DNA of 64,000 nucleotides. Source: Scyliorhinus canicula (taxonomy: Eukaryota). Shown here one piece after another: positions 47,001 to 59,470 of the stretch; positions within the stretch are counted from its first letter, which is position 1, and the number at the start of each line of letters is the position of its first letter. The DNA lies in NCBI RefSeq assembly GCF_902713615.1, contig NW_024055461.1, positions 2,349,323 through 2,413,322 of the forward strand. The letters run 5' to 3'. The translations under genes were made by a program, and so were the position numbers. Below the pieces are notes generated by a model, which was not told where the DNA came from, ran no database searches, and saw only the letters and a program-made list of their open reading frames with translations.

Positions 47001-49830
47001 TGGCCGCATCCCGCTTTCGGAGCTGGTGAGCCAGCATCCTGCTCGCCTTCTCCCCATACTCATACACCGCTGCCTGTGCTTTCCTCCACTGAGCTTCCGC
47101 CTTTCTGGTAGTCAATAGGTCGAAACTGGCCTGAAGGCTATGTCTCTCCACCAGCAATCCGTCCTCCGGAGCCTCCGCTTATCTCCTATCCACCCACACC
47201 AACTTCCCTATCAGTCTCTCCCTCTCCCTCTGCTCCCCTCTCTCCCTATGGGTTCGGATGGAAATCAACTTCCCTCTAGTCACCACCTTCAATGCCTCCT
47301 AGACAGTCCCCACGCGGACGTCCCCATTATCATTGGCCTCAAGGTACCTCTCGATACAACCCGAACCCTCTCGGCCACCTCCTCGTCTGCCAGCAGCCCC
47401 ACCTCCTAGTGCCAGAGCGAACGTCCAGAGCGGACGTTCTCCCAGCCCGAGGTCCACCCAGTGCGGGGCATGATCTGAAATGGCAATGGTGGAGTATTCC
47501 ACATCCTCCACCCTCGAAACCAACCCTCTGCTCAGGACAAAGAAATCAATCCTTGAGTAGGTCTTATGTATGTGGGAGAAAAACGAGTACTCCCTGGCCC
47601 TTTGCCTCGCAAACCTCCAGGGATCCACCCCCCACCCCCAACTCTGGTCCATAAATCCCCTCAACACCTTAGCCGCCACCGGCCTCCTACCCATCCGGGA
47701 CTTGGATCGATCCAATGGGGGATCCAGTACTGTGTTGAATCTCCCACCATGATAAGGCCCCCCACCTCCAGGTCCGGAATGCGGCCCAACATAGGCCACA
47801 TAAATCCCGCATCGTCCCAATTTGGGGTGTAAACATTCACCAACACCACCCGCTCCCCCTGCAGCTTACTACTCACCATCACATATCTCCCGCCACTGTC
47901 AGCCACCACATTTAACGCCTCAAACAACACCTTCTTCCCCACCAGGATCTCCACCCCCCTACTCTTCTCATCCAGCCCTGAGTGAAATACTTGGTGCACC
48001 CATCCCTTCCTCAGCCGAACCTGGTCCGCCACTTTCAGGTGTGTCTCTTGGAGCATGGCCACATCCACCTTCAGCCCCTTCAGGTGCGCAAACACCCGGG
48101 CCTGTTTGACCGGCCCATTCAGCCCCCACACATTCCAGGTCATCAGCCGGATCAGAGGGCTCCCTGCCCCCCCCTCCCTGCCGATTAACCATACCCCATC
48201 CCTTGCCCACCACCGGCCAGCGTCCCCCGCTCGGCCAGTTCCCCACGGCGGCACCTCCCCCCCTCCAGCACCCCCTGCATCCTCCAGCTCCTTCCTGACC
48301 GTTTCAGCAGCAACCCGGTACCCCCACCCCCCCCAGGCTAGGACCCCGTAATAGCTGTGCCCCTCCCTCCATAGCACTCCCGTGAGCCAGCTAACTTCTG
48401 CTGTCCCCGGCGACTCCCACCTTGCCTCCGACTCCTCCCCACGTGGTACTACCCCTCCTCCATCGTGCCCATCAACGGTTCCTCCTCCCCCCCAACCCCG
48501 CTCTTGTGCAGGAAAAGAAAACAGCCAGCAACAACCCGCGCTTCTCAGCCCCGACGCCGCCCCCACCATCTCCCAGCGCGGGAAACCCGCAGAAAGCCAA
48601 TGCTTTCACCCTGCCTGGCCCCGCATCCTCTTGGGCAACTCCCATTGTCAGTCCCCCCCATCAGCTCCCCGAACTCCCCGTTTACCCCCCTGCCCGAACC
48701 CGTCCACCAGACCCCTACAGAAAAACCAATACAGAAAAGACAAATCGACATCACCCCACCCACCCTAAGGTCAACCCACATCTTACATTAAACCAAACAA
48801 ATACAAGTACAGTATTATACAGCATCCCCCATCTTAGACCCTCAGTTTGAGTCCAATTTCTCGGCCTGCACAAAGGCCCACGCCTCCTCCGGGGACTCAA
48901 AATAATGGTACTGATCCTTATGGGTGACCCAGAGACGCGCCGGCTGCAACATGCCGAACTTCACACTCCATTTGTGGAGCACCGCCTTCATCCGGTTAAA
49001 CCCGGCCCTCCGCCTCACCACCTCCGCACTCCAGTCCTGGAACATCCGCACATCCGTGTTCTCCCACTTGCTGCTCTGCTCCTTCTTGGCCCACCGGAGC
49101 ACACACTCACGGTCCACGAACCGATGAAACCGCACCAACACCGCCCGCTCATTCGGCTTGGGCCTCCTAGTCAGAATTCTGTATGCCCCCTCTAACTCCA
49201 GGGGCCCCTGGAAGGACCTAGCCCCCATCAGCGAGTTTAAAATAATCGCCACATAGGCCGCCAGGTCCGACCCTTACAGTCCCTCCGTGAGGCCCAGGAT
49301 CCGCAAATTCTTCCTCCTCGACCGGTTGTCCAGCTCCTCGAACTGCTCCTGCCATCTTTTGTGGAGAGCCTCGTGAATCTCCACCTTCCCCGTGACGGCC
49401 ACGGCCTCATCCTCCCTTTCGGAGGCCTGCTGCTGCAGCTCCCGGATCGCAGCCCCCTGGGATGTCTGGGTCTCCATCAGCTACCTGTTGGTTACCTTCA
49501 AGGACTCCAGCAGCTCCAATTTAAGCTCCTGGAAGCAGCGCAGCCGCGTCGCCTGCTGCTCCTGGGCCCACTGCCTCCAGTCCTCCGGGTCTCTGCCGGC
49601 CGCCATTTTGTCTTCCTTCCCCCGCTTTTTCGGGGGTGCTTTCTCCGGTTTTCTCCTTACCCCACTCCTGGTCCGGACCATAGGACCGTAGGGGTCGACT
49701 GCTGTCCTCTTCCCACGTCGGGATTTGCCGACACAGCTCCGTTGGGAGCACCGAAAAGAGCCCCAAAGTCCGTTTGGAGCGGGAGCTGCCGAATGAGCGG
49801 CTTTGCTCCGCATTGCCGCCACCGGAAGTC
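44080..49830 (-). mobile_element. Full-length (~5.75 kb) inactive L1-clade LINE
   Basis: 5' end GACTTCCGG; L1-type ORF1 pieces 48842-49681 (RSRRKNLRILGL, FQDWSAEV); APE TWNVWGL/MLQETH; RT with YADD decayed to YVND; CCHC finger CARC...HMFWAC; G-rich 3' UTR and A-tail. Many frameshifts; no TSD seen. Confidence 0.93.
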
Positions 49831-50859
49831 ATTCTTCTGCCTTTATTTAGATCCGCCCTCTATAGTATAACAAATCGCAGTGTAGATAATAGACGGAATT
49901 GTCCTGGTCTTTATTTCTCATCAATCGTTGTATTATCTAAGGATCTGCTCGAGGAAACAGCTCCGCGTGATCTTCATTAACAACCCATTTACATTTCAGC
50001 AGCTCCGTTCAGTCTCTCCTTCACTTTCTTTGACCTAAGGAGAGGCGGCCATGTGGCGCCATCATCAGTTTCCCTGCCTCAGGCCCCTTAGTCGTCCAGT
50101 TTTACAGCAAAGAACAGGCCCCTGGCCCATTGTGTTTGCCCCGGCCATCGAGTATCCATCTAGTCTAAAGCAATTTCCTCGCACTTGGTCCGTAGCTTTG
50201 TATGTTATGGCGTTTCAAGTCCTCATCTCAACGCTTCTTAAGTGTTGTGAGTGTTCCCACCTCTGGAACACAGTTAGTGTGTTCCAGGTTCTCACTACGC
50301 TTAAATTCCTTCCAAATTCCTACCCCTTACCTTAAATCTATGCCGCCTGGTTTTTGCCCGCTCTACTGAGGGGAAAATTTCTTCCTATCTGTGTTCCTCA
50401 GAATTTTGAACACCTCGATCAGATCCTCCGCAACATTCTCTGCTTTAAGGGCAATAATCCCAGCCTATTCAGCCTCTTTTCACAACTGAAACACTGCTGC
50501 CCAGAAAACTTCCTGATTAATCTCCTCTGCACCCTCTCTGGTGCAATCACTTTCTTCCCATAATATGGTGACCAGATGTGCAGAAAATACTTCAGCTGCG
50601 GGCTAGCCAGCATTCTATACAGCTCCATAATAACCTCCCTACTCTTCTAGTCCATGCCTCGGGGCTGGGAGGGGAGTTCTATAGCAGATGGTATGTGTGG
50701 GCACCTCACCTGGACATCAAGGGGTTGTGATGCTAGGTGCCAGTGAGCTCTGAGGAGCAAGCACAAAGACCAGTGCGTGCAAGGTGCCAGCCAGCCATGT
50801 GTTTGGGGAATTGGACTTCAGGGGTGGCAGGAGGACCTGATGCCAAGAGAGACGTTGTA

Positions 50860-51200
50860 ACTTACCCCTGCAGGTCACTGGAGGTCATTGGTCTTTTTCC
50901 TACATTGGACGACGGTCCCCCTTGCCATGCTGTCCCACTGACAGTCATTGTCACTGCCTCCCAGGTGGTATTGGTGCCTCTGATGCTGGCACTCTGACCC
51001 CCCCCCCCCCCGCCCCGCCCCCCCGGAACAGGATGTCCCATCTCATGCATCCACAGCACCGAGAAGCTTGGCCGGGTTGGCATCGCCAAAGCGAGGTGCA
51101 GCTCTACATATTGCCATGCTTGTGGGTTGACTGCAGTGAATGGTGAGGGAGGATTTAAGAGCAGCCGTCTCCCCTCCTTAGATGAGGTGCGCATCCAGCG
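50860..51200 (-). mobile_element. Harbinger/PIF-type Myb/SANT DNA-binding exon remnant
   Basis: TWEAVTMTVSG followed, after a frameshift, by RTVVQCRKKTNDL (reverse complement of ~50881-50920), then a GTAAGT donor. Confidence 0.65.
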
Positions 51201-51479
51201 AATCTGACGGCGTGGCAGCCAGTAATGGTGAGAAGCTGATGGGGGCTACTTTCCAACACCGAGTGCCCTTAAATACGGGCTGCGATCTCGCAAATGCGCC
51301 CATTGAGAAACATCCTGTCAATTGCGCCCCAAACGACACTTTGTTTCCCATTAAATCACGCGATAGGTTGATTTATTTTATCGTGACACTGCTAAAATAA
51401 CACTAATCGAAAGGGAAAAAAATATATTCATATAACATGACCTTCTCGCTTCTCTCAAAATCACCTCCAAGCACTTAGT

Positions 51480-51965
51480 GCATATCCAATGAATTTCTTA
51501 AATATACGTTGTCTCATTAATCTCCTCTGCACCTCTCTGGTGCAATCGCATCCTTCCCATAATGTGACGACCAGATGTGCACAAAATACTCCAGCTTGTG
51601 GCTAAACAGTGTTTTATACAGCTCCATAACAACTTCCCTACTCTTATATTCCATGCGTCGGCTAATATAAACAAACATCCCATATGTCATCCTCACCACC
51701 TTAAGTCATTGTCCTGTTGCCTTCGGGGATCTACGGACATGAACCCCAAGGTCCCCCTTGCTTCTATACTTCTTGGCGTCCTGCCGTTCATTGTGTATTT
51801 TCTTGCATTGTTAGTCCTCCCAAAATGCATCATCTCACCCTTTTCAGGGTTAAATTTCATTTGCCACTATTCTGCCCATCTAGCCTGTCCGTCTATATCA
51901 TCCTGCAATCTAAACCTTTCCTCCGCGTTATTTAGAACACCACCCATTTTCATGCTGTCTGCGAA
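51480..51965 (-). mobile_element. CR1/L2-group RT fragment (similar fragment at ~50110-50660)
   Basis: YKSREVVMELYKTL...LEYFVHIWS motif on the minus strand. Confidence 0.7.
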
Positions 51966-52268
51966 CAATGGCTGGGGATGGCTCAGGGGACTGGAAAGCC
52001 AGAACGCACTGGATTCCTGTTCCAGCTCTGGGATAGATGCGACCGGCCGGACTCCCAGTGCAGTGGGTTGGACCTGGGTCAGAGAAAGTAATAATGAGCA
52101 GAATCCAGATTTAAATAGTCAAATCTCATTCCTGACATTGATGTTTTGACATACAAATCAATAATTACAGCGTTAATGTAAGCCTACTTGTGACATTTAA
52201 GATTATTATATTATAAACCTTAAGTCCATCCAGTAACCCCCATTCGGAAACGGATTGAACAGAATCCT

Positions 52269-52282
52269 CCAGCAGGGGGCGC
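52269..52282 (+). promoter_or_regulatory. CTCF-like motif CCAGCAGGGGGCGC
   Basis: Close match to the CTCF core consensus; motif match only. Confidence 0.6.
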
Positions 52283-52338
52283 AAAGCCCAAGCATGATGA
52301 TTGGAAAGTCACATGAAACCAACAACAGAGGTATCCTC

Positions 52339-52348
52339 AGTGATGTCA
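52339..52348 (+). promoter_or_regulatory. TCR V-promoter CRE-like decamer AGTGATGTCA
   Basis: Matches the AGTGAYRTCA decamer and lies ~110 bp upstream of a leader-like exon. Confidence 0.55.
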
Positions 52349-52458
52349 CAATGGGCCTGGCCCCCTGCTGTGTGTGGGCGGAACAATGAGCTGAACAGAA
52401 CCCGGGCTCTCTCTCCCCTTCCAGAAATCTGACTCATTTCATTCCCATTCACTGAGCG

Positions 52459-52940
52459 ATTCAATCAGACACGTTTCTCATAATACTGGCGGTGCTCTTG
52501 AACAGTAAGTAATACATTATACTCATCAGTACAGTTTAACAGATTGATGAGAATTTACGCACACTCATACAGTTAATAGAGGTTTACCTCCATCAGCCGG
52601 GTTAATTTCCTCCCAGCCCCACGGAGAACAAACATTGGCAGATTTGTTTATCCTTCTGCTCTTTTGATGCTCTACATTGACAGGCAGACTATTTGCAGAT
52701 CCAGTGACACAGTGTCTAGTGTCAGAAGCCGTGTGTAAATGGGCTTCATGTCCCTCCAGCTCGATTTCTTCTCAGTGGCTTGAACAGTGAGCAGGTGCAG
52801 GATGGTCACAGTCTTCTGCAGATTCATCCCTTCCTATTTCCGCTCCGAGTGCAGCTAAGAGTCAGCACAAGCCTCACTCTGAGTCTGCGGTATCCCCGCC
52901 CACCGCTTGCGGTTGCTGCTCTCGCTCTGACCCAATTGTG
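52459..52940 (+). pseudogene. Decayed TCR V segment
   Basis: 46-nt leader-like exon 52459-52504 lacking ATG (ATT-QSDTFLIILAVLLN) followed by GTAAGT; acceptor at 52682-52683; in-frame SRLFA-DPVTQ...C...WLEQ then TGA. No RSS found. Confidence 0.5.
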
Positions 52941-53114
52941 TCAGTGGAGAAGTTGCTGTCGCTGCCATTGGCTGGATCAGCAGTGCAGTGTGACGGGGGT
53001 CTGCATTTCTGCCTCTGCCATTGGCTGGATGAGCAATGCAGTGTAACGGGATCTGTATTTCTGTCTCTGACAGAGCATTCCTCTCACTGCAGGGTCCCAG
53101 ACTCAGGAAGGACG

Positions 53115-53420
53115 ATGGGGAACCGGCTCGCTCAGATGCTCATCATTATCTCAGTTCTCAGTAAGTATTTCCTTCCCAATAAAATTCCATTCTCCTCCTG
53201 GCTGCTGTAACCCTGACGTTATTGTTAGTGAAAACAATAGTGATGGTGAAGATTAAGTTGATCAATTTGAGGCTAATATTGATTGTTCCTCTTAATCTAA
53301 TTTTTATGTCAGATTGGAGCCACAGTGGAGCAGCCGAATGCTGAAATAAAGATTGAAGAGGAAAGTAATGTCACACTAACCTGCAACTTGAAGACAATCA
53401 CTTCTAACCAGTATGTGTAC
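53115..53420 (+). pseudogene. Truncated TCR/Ig-type V segment (leader plus FR1-CDR1 only)
   Basis: 46-nt leader MGNRLAQMLIIISVL followed by GTAAGT; acceptor at 53311-53312; IGATVEQPNAEIKIEEESNVTLTCNLKTITSNQYVY is out of phase with the leader and stops just before the expected W, where a satellite begins. Confidence 0.75.
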
Positions 53421-53430
53421 AGTATGTGTA

Positions 53431-54755
53431 CACTCTTCATGCAGCGTTAGTGCACTCTCTGCATTCACTCTTCCTGCAGTGTTGTTGTACACTCCTCACT
53501 CTCTCTTCCTGCAGCGTTCTTGCACGCTCCTCACTCACTCTTTCTGCAGCGTTGTTGCACACTCCTCACTCACTCTTCCTGAACCGTTGTTGCACGCTCC
53601 TCACTCTCTCTTCCTGCAGCGTTCTTGCACATTCCTCACTCTCTCTTCCTGCGGCGTTCTTACACGCTCCTCACTCACTCTTCCTGCAGCGTTGTTGCAC
53701 ACTCCTCCCTCACTCTTCCTGCACCGTTGTTGCACGCTCCTCACTCACTCTTCCTGCAGCGTTGTTGCAGACTCCTCCCTAACTCTTCCTGCACCGTTGT
53801 TGCACACTCCTCACACTCTCTTCCTGCAGCTTTCTTGCACACTCCTCACTCACTCTTCCTGCAGCGTTGTTGCACATTCCTTACTCACTCTTCCTGCAGT
53901 GTTGCTACACACTCCTCACTCACTCTTCCTGCAGTGTTGTTGCACACTCCTCACTCACTCTTCCTGCATCGTTGCTGGGCGCTCCTCACGCACTCTTCCT
54001 GCAGCGTTGTTGCACACTCCTCACGCACTCTTCCTGCAGCGTTGTTGCACACTCCTCACTCACTCTTCCTGCAGCGTTGTTGCACACTCCTCACTCACTC
54101 TTCCTGCGGCGTTGTTGCACACTCCTCACTCACTCTTCCTGTAGTGTTGTTGCACACTCCTCACTCACTCTTCCTACAGCGTTGTAGCACACTCCTCACT
54201 CTCTCTTCCTGCAGAGTTGTTGCACACTCCTCACTCACTCTTCCTGCAGCGTTGTTGCACACTCCTCACTCACTCTTCCTGCAGTGCTGTTGCACACTCC
54301 TCACTCACTCTTCCTGCAGCGTTGTTGCACACTCCTCACTCACACCTCCTGCAGCGTGGTTGCACACTCCTCACTCACTCTTCCTGCAGCGTTGTTGCAC
54401 ACTCCTCACGCACTCTTCCTGCAGCGTTGTTGCACACTCCTCACTCACTCTTCCTGCAGCGTTGTAGCAGACTCCTCACTCTCTCTTCCTGCAGAATTGT
54501 TGCACACTCCATGCTCACTCTTCCTGCAGTGTTGCTGCACACTCCTCACTCACACTTCCTGCAGCGTTGTTGCACACTCCTCACGCACTCTTCCTGTAGC
54601 GTTGTTGCACACTCCACGCTCACTCTTCCTGCATCGTTGCTGCACACTCCTCACTCACTCTTCCTGTAGCGTTGTTGCACACTCCACGCTCACTCTTCCT
54701 GCAGCGTTGCTGCACACTCCTCACTCACTCTTCCTTCAGCGTTGTTGAACACTCT
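53431..54755. repeat. 35-bp minisatellite CACTCTTCCTGCAGCGTTGTTGCACACTCCTCACT, ~38 copies
   Basis: Direct tandem repeats; explains ORFs 53413-54748. Confidence 0.95.
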
Positions 54756-54986
54756 GTCCACCCGGTTTGACAAGAAGAAGATCCTGATGAAGGTCCTTAT
54801 GTTATTTTCTAATTTGAAGCCGTCAAATGCTAACATCCCAACAGTAATAGCAACGTTGAAAACACATGATAATAAATAACTTTTTTAAAATTCAAGTTTG
54901 ATATCAGTCTTAAAATTATTTTTGTGGTTCTATATTGGTTCCCTCCATCACGTTTTCTTCACTAAATATACTCACCCAGTCTCCCA

Positions 54987-55000
54987 CTGCCCTCTGGCGG
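54987..55000 (-). promoter_or_regulatory. CTCF-like motif CCGCCAGAGGGCAG
   Basis: Close match to the CTCF core on the minus strand; motif match only. Confidence 0.6.
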
Positions 55001-58000
55001 CAGCTACAATCACTATAATGTGCGCTTTAAAATACCTGTCCCACTTCTGGAACCGTAAAACCATAAGACATAGGAGCAGAATGAGGCCAATCGGCCATCG
55101 AGTCTGCACTACCATTCAATCATGGCTGATATTTTTCTCATCCCCATTCTCCTTCCTTCTCTCTATAACCCCTGATTCCCTTATTTATCAAGAACCTGTC
55201 TATTTCAGTCCGGCGTGTAGCAACTGAGGCGCAGTGAGGTAAGAAGCACCCATTTTTTGAAGCACCGACTGGTGCAGGACCAGTCGCACCGGGAGTTGGG
55301 TTGGAGTGTGGGAAGGTCAGTTCACAGGTGCGCCTGGCCGGATTAGCCCGTGGATGGGGTGAGCGGGCGATAGGGGCGGTGCGAAGGTTTTGGGTGCTAC
55401 GGAGTTTACGCTGGGTGTCGTGTGTCGGGGTGGGGGTATTCCGTGCAAGGCTGGACCTGTTTTGTTTCCATCGTTACTCTGGAATTTGCAGTGTTTTTAT
55501 TCCCACTAACTATTCTACAGCAACTACCAGGGTCAAACTGCAGTCATCCAATGTTCGCGATTTTAATCGCTCACGTCAGATGTTTCCCAGCCCAGCGTTA
55601 TTGTCCAGCGGATGTTAGCGGTTCTGCGCAATTTCTGGGTAAATCCTTCCGTGCGAGCCTCCTGGAGGAATCTCCCAGTCATCATTAACACTTCCTAAAT
55701 GCGACGCCGTGGAACCAGGAAGTTATGGGTCTCTTTTTCGTCAGATCGGAGTCATTGATATTCTGTCACTCAACCTTTATCCCCAAGAGTTAACATCGAA
55801 GGAGAAAGGATCATTTTCACCTGTACCTGTAGTACTACATGCGGGTTAGGGGCGTGGTGGTAACTGATTCGAGAATCAACCTGAAACAGAGCCTCTGTTC
55901 TGATAAAATACACGCTTTACTTTGAAGATTAAACGGAGTTTGTCAAAACCATCCTTCTGCGCTACTCCACAATTTGACAAATTTCACGATTTCACCCTCT
56001 GGGCTGCAGCTGAACCAAGCCGCGTTTATTCCTGTGCCCTGAGACCCACAGAGCTGGGAACAGTTGAACCATAGCACAGATACTCCCACCGCTTCGCAGG
56101 TCAAACACCCAGTAAGTTACGGTCAATTACAAGGATGAACGGATGTGAAGATCATCTAAAAGTAATTGTACATACAATCTCTCATGTTCACATATTTAGT
56201 TATGCTATGAGGTTTGTCTGCGCACGGTGGCGCAGTGGTTAGCACTGCTGCCTCACGGCGCTGAGGCCCCGGGTTCGATCATGTAGCGGATGCTGTGCAG
56301 ATGTCCACAGTGTGAGTTCCAGTTAGAGTCACATATCTGCGCTACCGTACTAATAAACCAAAATCAATAATTAAACCATCACCATGGAACCCATTGCGAT
56401 TTGTATTAAATGCAACGAAACGCAACAATGATCAAGATTGGTTGAGGACTACACATTCGAATTATATCTAGAGTTTACAGTTATAATTTTTTTTAAAACT
56501 CAAATGCACCTTCAGGACCTTAACGATGCCTTTAGATGTATTTTCCTTTTCTGTTCCCTCTAACCGCCTGTCTCCATTTTAAAAAATTCAGAATATTTCA
56601 CGCTTCCTTGTTTCAGTCTGTAAATTATTGATGTCAAACCTTGGTTTATTCAATCAGAACCGCTCAAACCGGACATTAAATATAAAAGCTGTCACATCAG
56701 GCCAGTGATTGACACATGACTCCAGATCCACATTGATCTCTTTGACTCTTACCTTCGCTCTGCAATGACCTAGCAAGTCACTGAGATCAAAGGAACTGAG
56801 AGAGGGACATCAAATGCTGGCCTTACCACCAACGCCCAATGAAGAATAAAAATAAGTCAATATTAGTTCGCCAACAATAAGATCTGAGTTACAGCAGTTA
56901 GGAAGACAACAGAGATGTATAATTGGGAAGGAAATGCTGACTAGTAATGATACAATGTTAGGGAATGGTGAAATATGGTTCTGCTTCACTCTGTCAATCT
57001 GTAACTGCAGATTAGGGAATCTTCTGCTGGAGCCGGAATACACAGGTTCAACGCAATGCATTGCTGATACAACCAATACTGAACAGGGAATATCGACAGG
57101 AATCATTCCAATAATGCAGGACAGGTAAGGCTCATCAGAGTCTAAGCAGCGACATGAGGCTGCGGGAGTTGCTGCCACAGACAATGGCACCACAAGGTTT
57201 GTTTCCAGTTCGGACCTGCGGGAAACATGTGACTACAGCGCCCTTTTACGGCGATTCTGGGAAATTTACACTGTCCAGATCACAAAATGCAATTCATCAA
57301 TGGGGCAGTTTCCAGCGGTCTTTTATCGGGAGACATGTTTTAAGAATTCAGCATTGTAAATGGCCGCAATTGAAGTATGAGTGAGTTGGAAGGAAATACT
57401 TTAACTAATTCTGAATCTCTTTCTTTATATCTTTGTCGTATCTTTTTGTTTTGCATTTTACACGCATTATTTCATACTGCCCTGTATTTCTCAGAAAAGT
57501 TTGTTGACTGCAAACATTCACTGACCAAGCAACATACTTTGATCAATAAACCCAGTGGCTGTGGTTAATGGCTCCAGGGAATGGCAAAGTGATCGGGGAA
57601 GACAGCTTAATATTGCAGACAGGCAGGAACATGTACTGAAGGACAAATGGAATTTCAGGACCGATACCACGTCACACAATACTGACCGATCACACTTCAT
57701 AGAAACGTGATAGAATAGAACTACGCAGTGCAGAAGGAGGCCATTTGGACCATCGAGTCTGCACCGACCCTCTGAAAGCGCACCCTACCTAGGCCCACTC
57801 CACTGCCCTGTCCCCACAACCCCACCCAATCTGCACATCATTGGGCTCTGAGGGGCAATATTAGTAAGGCCTAACCTGCACGCCTATGTTGCAATCGATT
57901 CACAGTGTAACAGGATGTTCACAAGATCGTAATTGTCACCCAAAATAAAGAGTTCTCATCAAAACGTCAACTTTTACAACAGTGCCCACCGAATTCATTA

Positions 58001-58327
58001 GAATTTAATCGGTTTCAGCTGTGAAACAACTGCCCATCACATATTATGAATAAGCATATCACTGTCAGCATGGAGATGAATACATTTAATTGTTGCTTTC
58101 GATCTGCGACAACAGGATGAATTGGAGATCCAATGCCCTGTGAGAAGATTGGTTGAATTTAGAGAAAATAAGCTTACAGGCAATTGGATGTGACCCGATG
58201 ACGTTGTGAGCAATGTACCAATCAGCAGGCACTCGGATGTGACTCATTCTCTTTTCAACTCTTGGCGAAAACAATTTAAGCCTCAATAATTTCTGTTGAA
58301 ACCTGATCTGTTGATCTCTCTGCAAAC

Positions 58328-58379
58328 ATGTGGCCTGTTACTGTGTATTTATTCCTCACAGCGGCCGCGCTTTTAACCG
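58328..58379 (+). CDS. TCR V segment leader exon (MWPVTVYLFLTAAALLT)
   Basis: Hydrophobic signal peptide, phase-1 GTAAGT donor at 58380; CRE half-site TGACGT at 58199-58204. Confidence 0.85.
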
Positions 58380-58809
58380 GTAAGTTCACAAGTTGCTCAA
58401 CTCTTTATGTCACATCCTTTCTACACATGGCATTCTGTCAGGCAGGTCGCTCAATACAAGAGGGTGGGTGTGGGTGGTTGGACAAACAGATTGACCCCAA
58501 CTTCGAAAAATCATCTGGATCTCGCTGCTCTAAACACGGAACACTGTTTTCTGGATTTCTTCATATTTCCCTGAGGGAATGGGAGCGGAAGTGTTGGGCT
58601 GACATCTCAGCCCCTCTTGTGCCAGTGAATGTATATGCTACTGGAAAGATTGTTCCTGAAGATATAACCATGCCCTATAGCCACCTGGTTATATTGTGGC
58701 TGTTTTTCGGTATGTACAGCCATAATGTTTTATTTGTTTGCAGTAATGTGATGTTGATAGATTTTTGCACGCAATGTGGCATTGAACATTTTGCTACCTT
58801 TTATTGCAG

Positions 58810-59113
58810 CGGCCATTCAGGCAGATTCTGTATCCCAGCCTCAGACTGCACTGAATATCACTGAAGGAGTTAGAACGAAATTAGATTGTACCTACACAAC
58901 GAACGACCAGAACCCCGATCTGTACTGGTACAGACAGCGCAAGAACCAGGCCCCGCAATTTATTTTGTATCGAGACCGAAGCAGGAAAACAGACGCAGAT
59001 TTTGCCAAGGGAAAATTCGAGGCCGACCAAACTAATGCAGAAAAGAAGTTTCCTTTAACAGTCACTCGAGCGGAAACCCATGACAGCGCCGTATATTTCT
59101 GCGTGTTGAGAGA
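58810..59113 (+). CDS. Intact TCR alpha/delta-type V exon
   Basis: Acceptor ttgcAG at 58808-58809; AAIQA-DSVSQ...LDC...WYRQ...DSAVYFCVLRD with both canonical Cys and the Trp; in frame with the leader. Confidence 0.93.
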
Positions 59114-59152
59114 CACAGCGGTTTAATACTCATCTCCCGCTGTACAAAAACC
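59114..59152 (+). promoter_or_regulatory. 23-bp-spacer recombination signal sequence
   Basis: Heptamer CACAGCG 59114-59120, 23-nt spacer 59121-59143, consensus nonamer ACAAAAACC 59144-59152. Confidence 0.95.
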
Positions 59153-59229
59153 TCACTGAAATAAAACTGTCACAGGCTGTGACTCCAGCTCAAAGCGTTA
59201 TCCGTGTCTCGGCTGTAACTGTTCCATTT

Positions 59230-59470
59230 CTCAACTCTAGGGCCCCGAGCCAGGAAGTTGTGGGTTCAAGACTCCCTGCAGATATCTGAGGACTATCAGT
59301 ACAAAGGGAGTCCGGGCGTCTCCGCAGTGAAGCATTCGGATAAACGAGCAATAGAGGCTTTAACTACCCTTTCTGGAGGATCTTCGTCACCGCCGCACTG
59401 TTTTCGAAAGCAGGGCAGTTCCCCGAGATACTTAAACCTCAGTCGACATCACTGAAACCGATAAACACAT
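59230..59470 (+). mobile_element. Decayed DeuSINE-like element
   Basis: B-box-like GGGTTCAAGACTCC and a remnant resembling the recalled Deu core. Confidence 0.4.

Noticed and set aside
53413-54748. Cys/His/Leu-rich ORFs resembling zinc-finger arrays
   Set aside because: 35-bp satellite; the period is not a multiple of 3 and there is no C2H2 spacing.
56217-56281. tRNA gene
   Set aside because: Truncated tRNA-like SINE head ending after the B box, without an acceptor 3' strand.
53321-57907. Isolated CACAGTG heptamers (53321, 56306, 57901) as extra RSSs
   Set aside because: No acceptable nonamer at 12 or 23 bp and no adjacent coding end.
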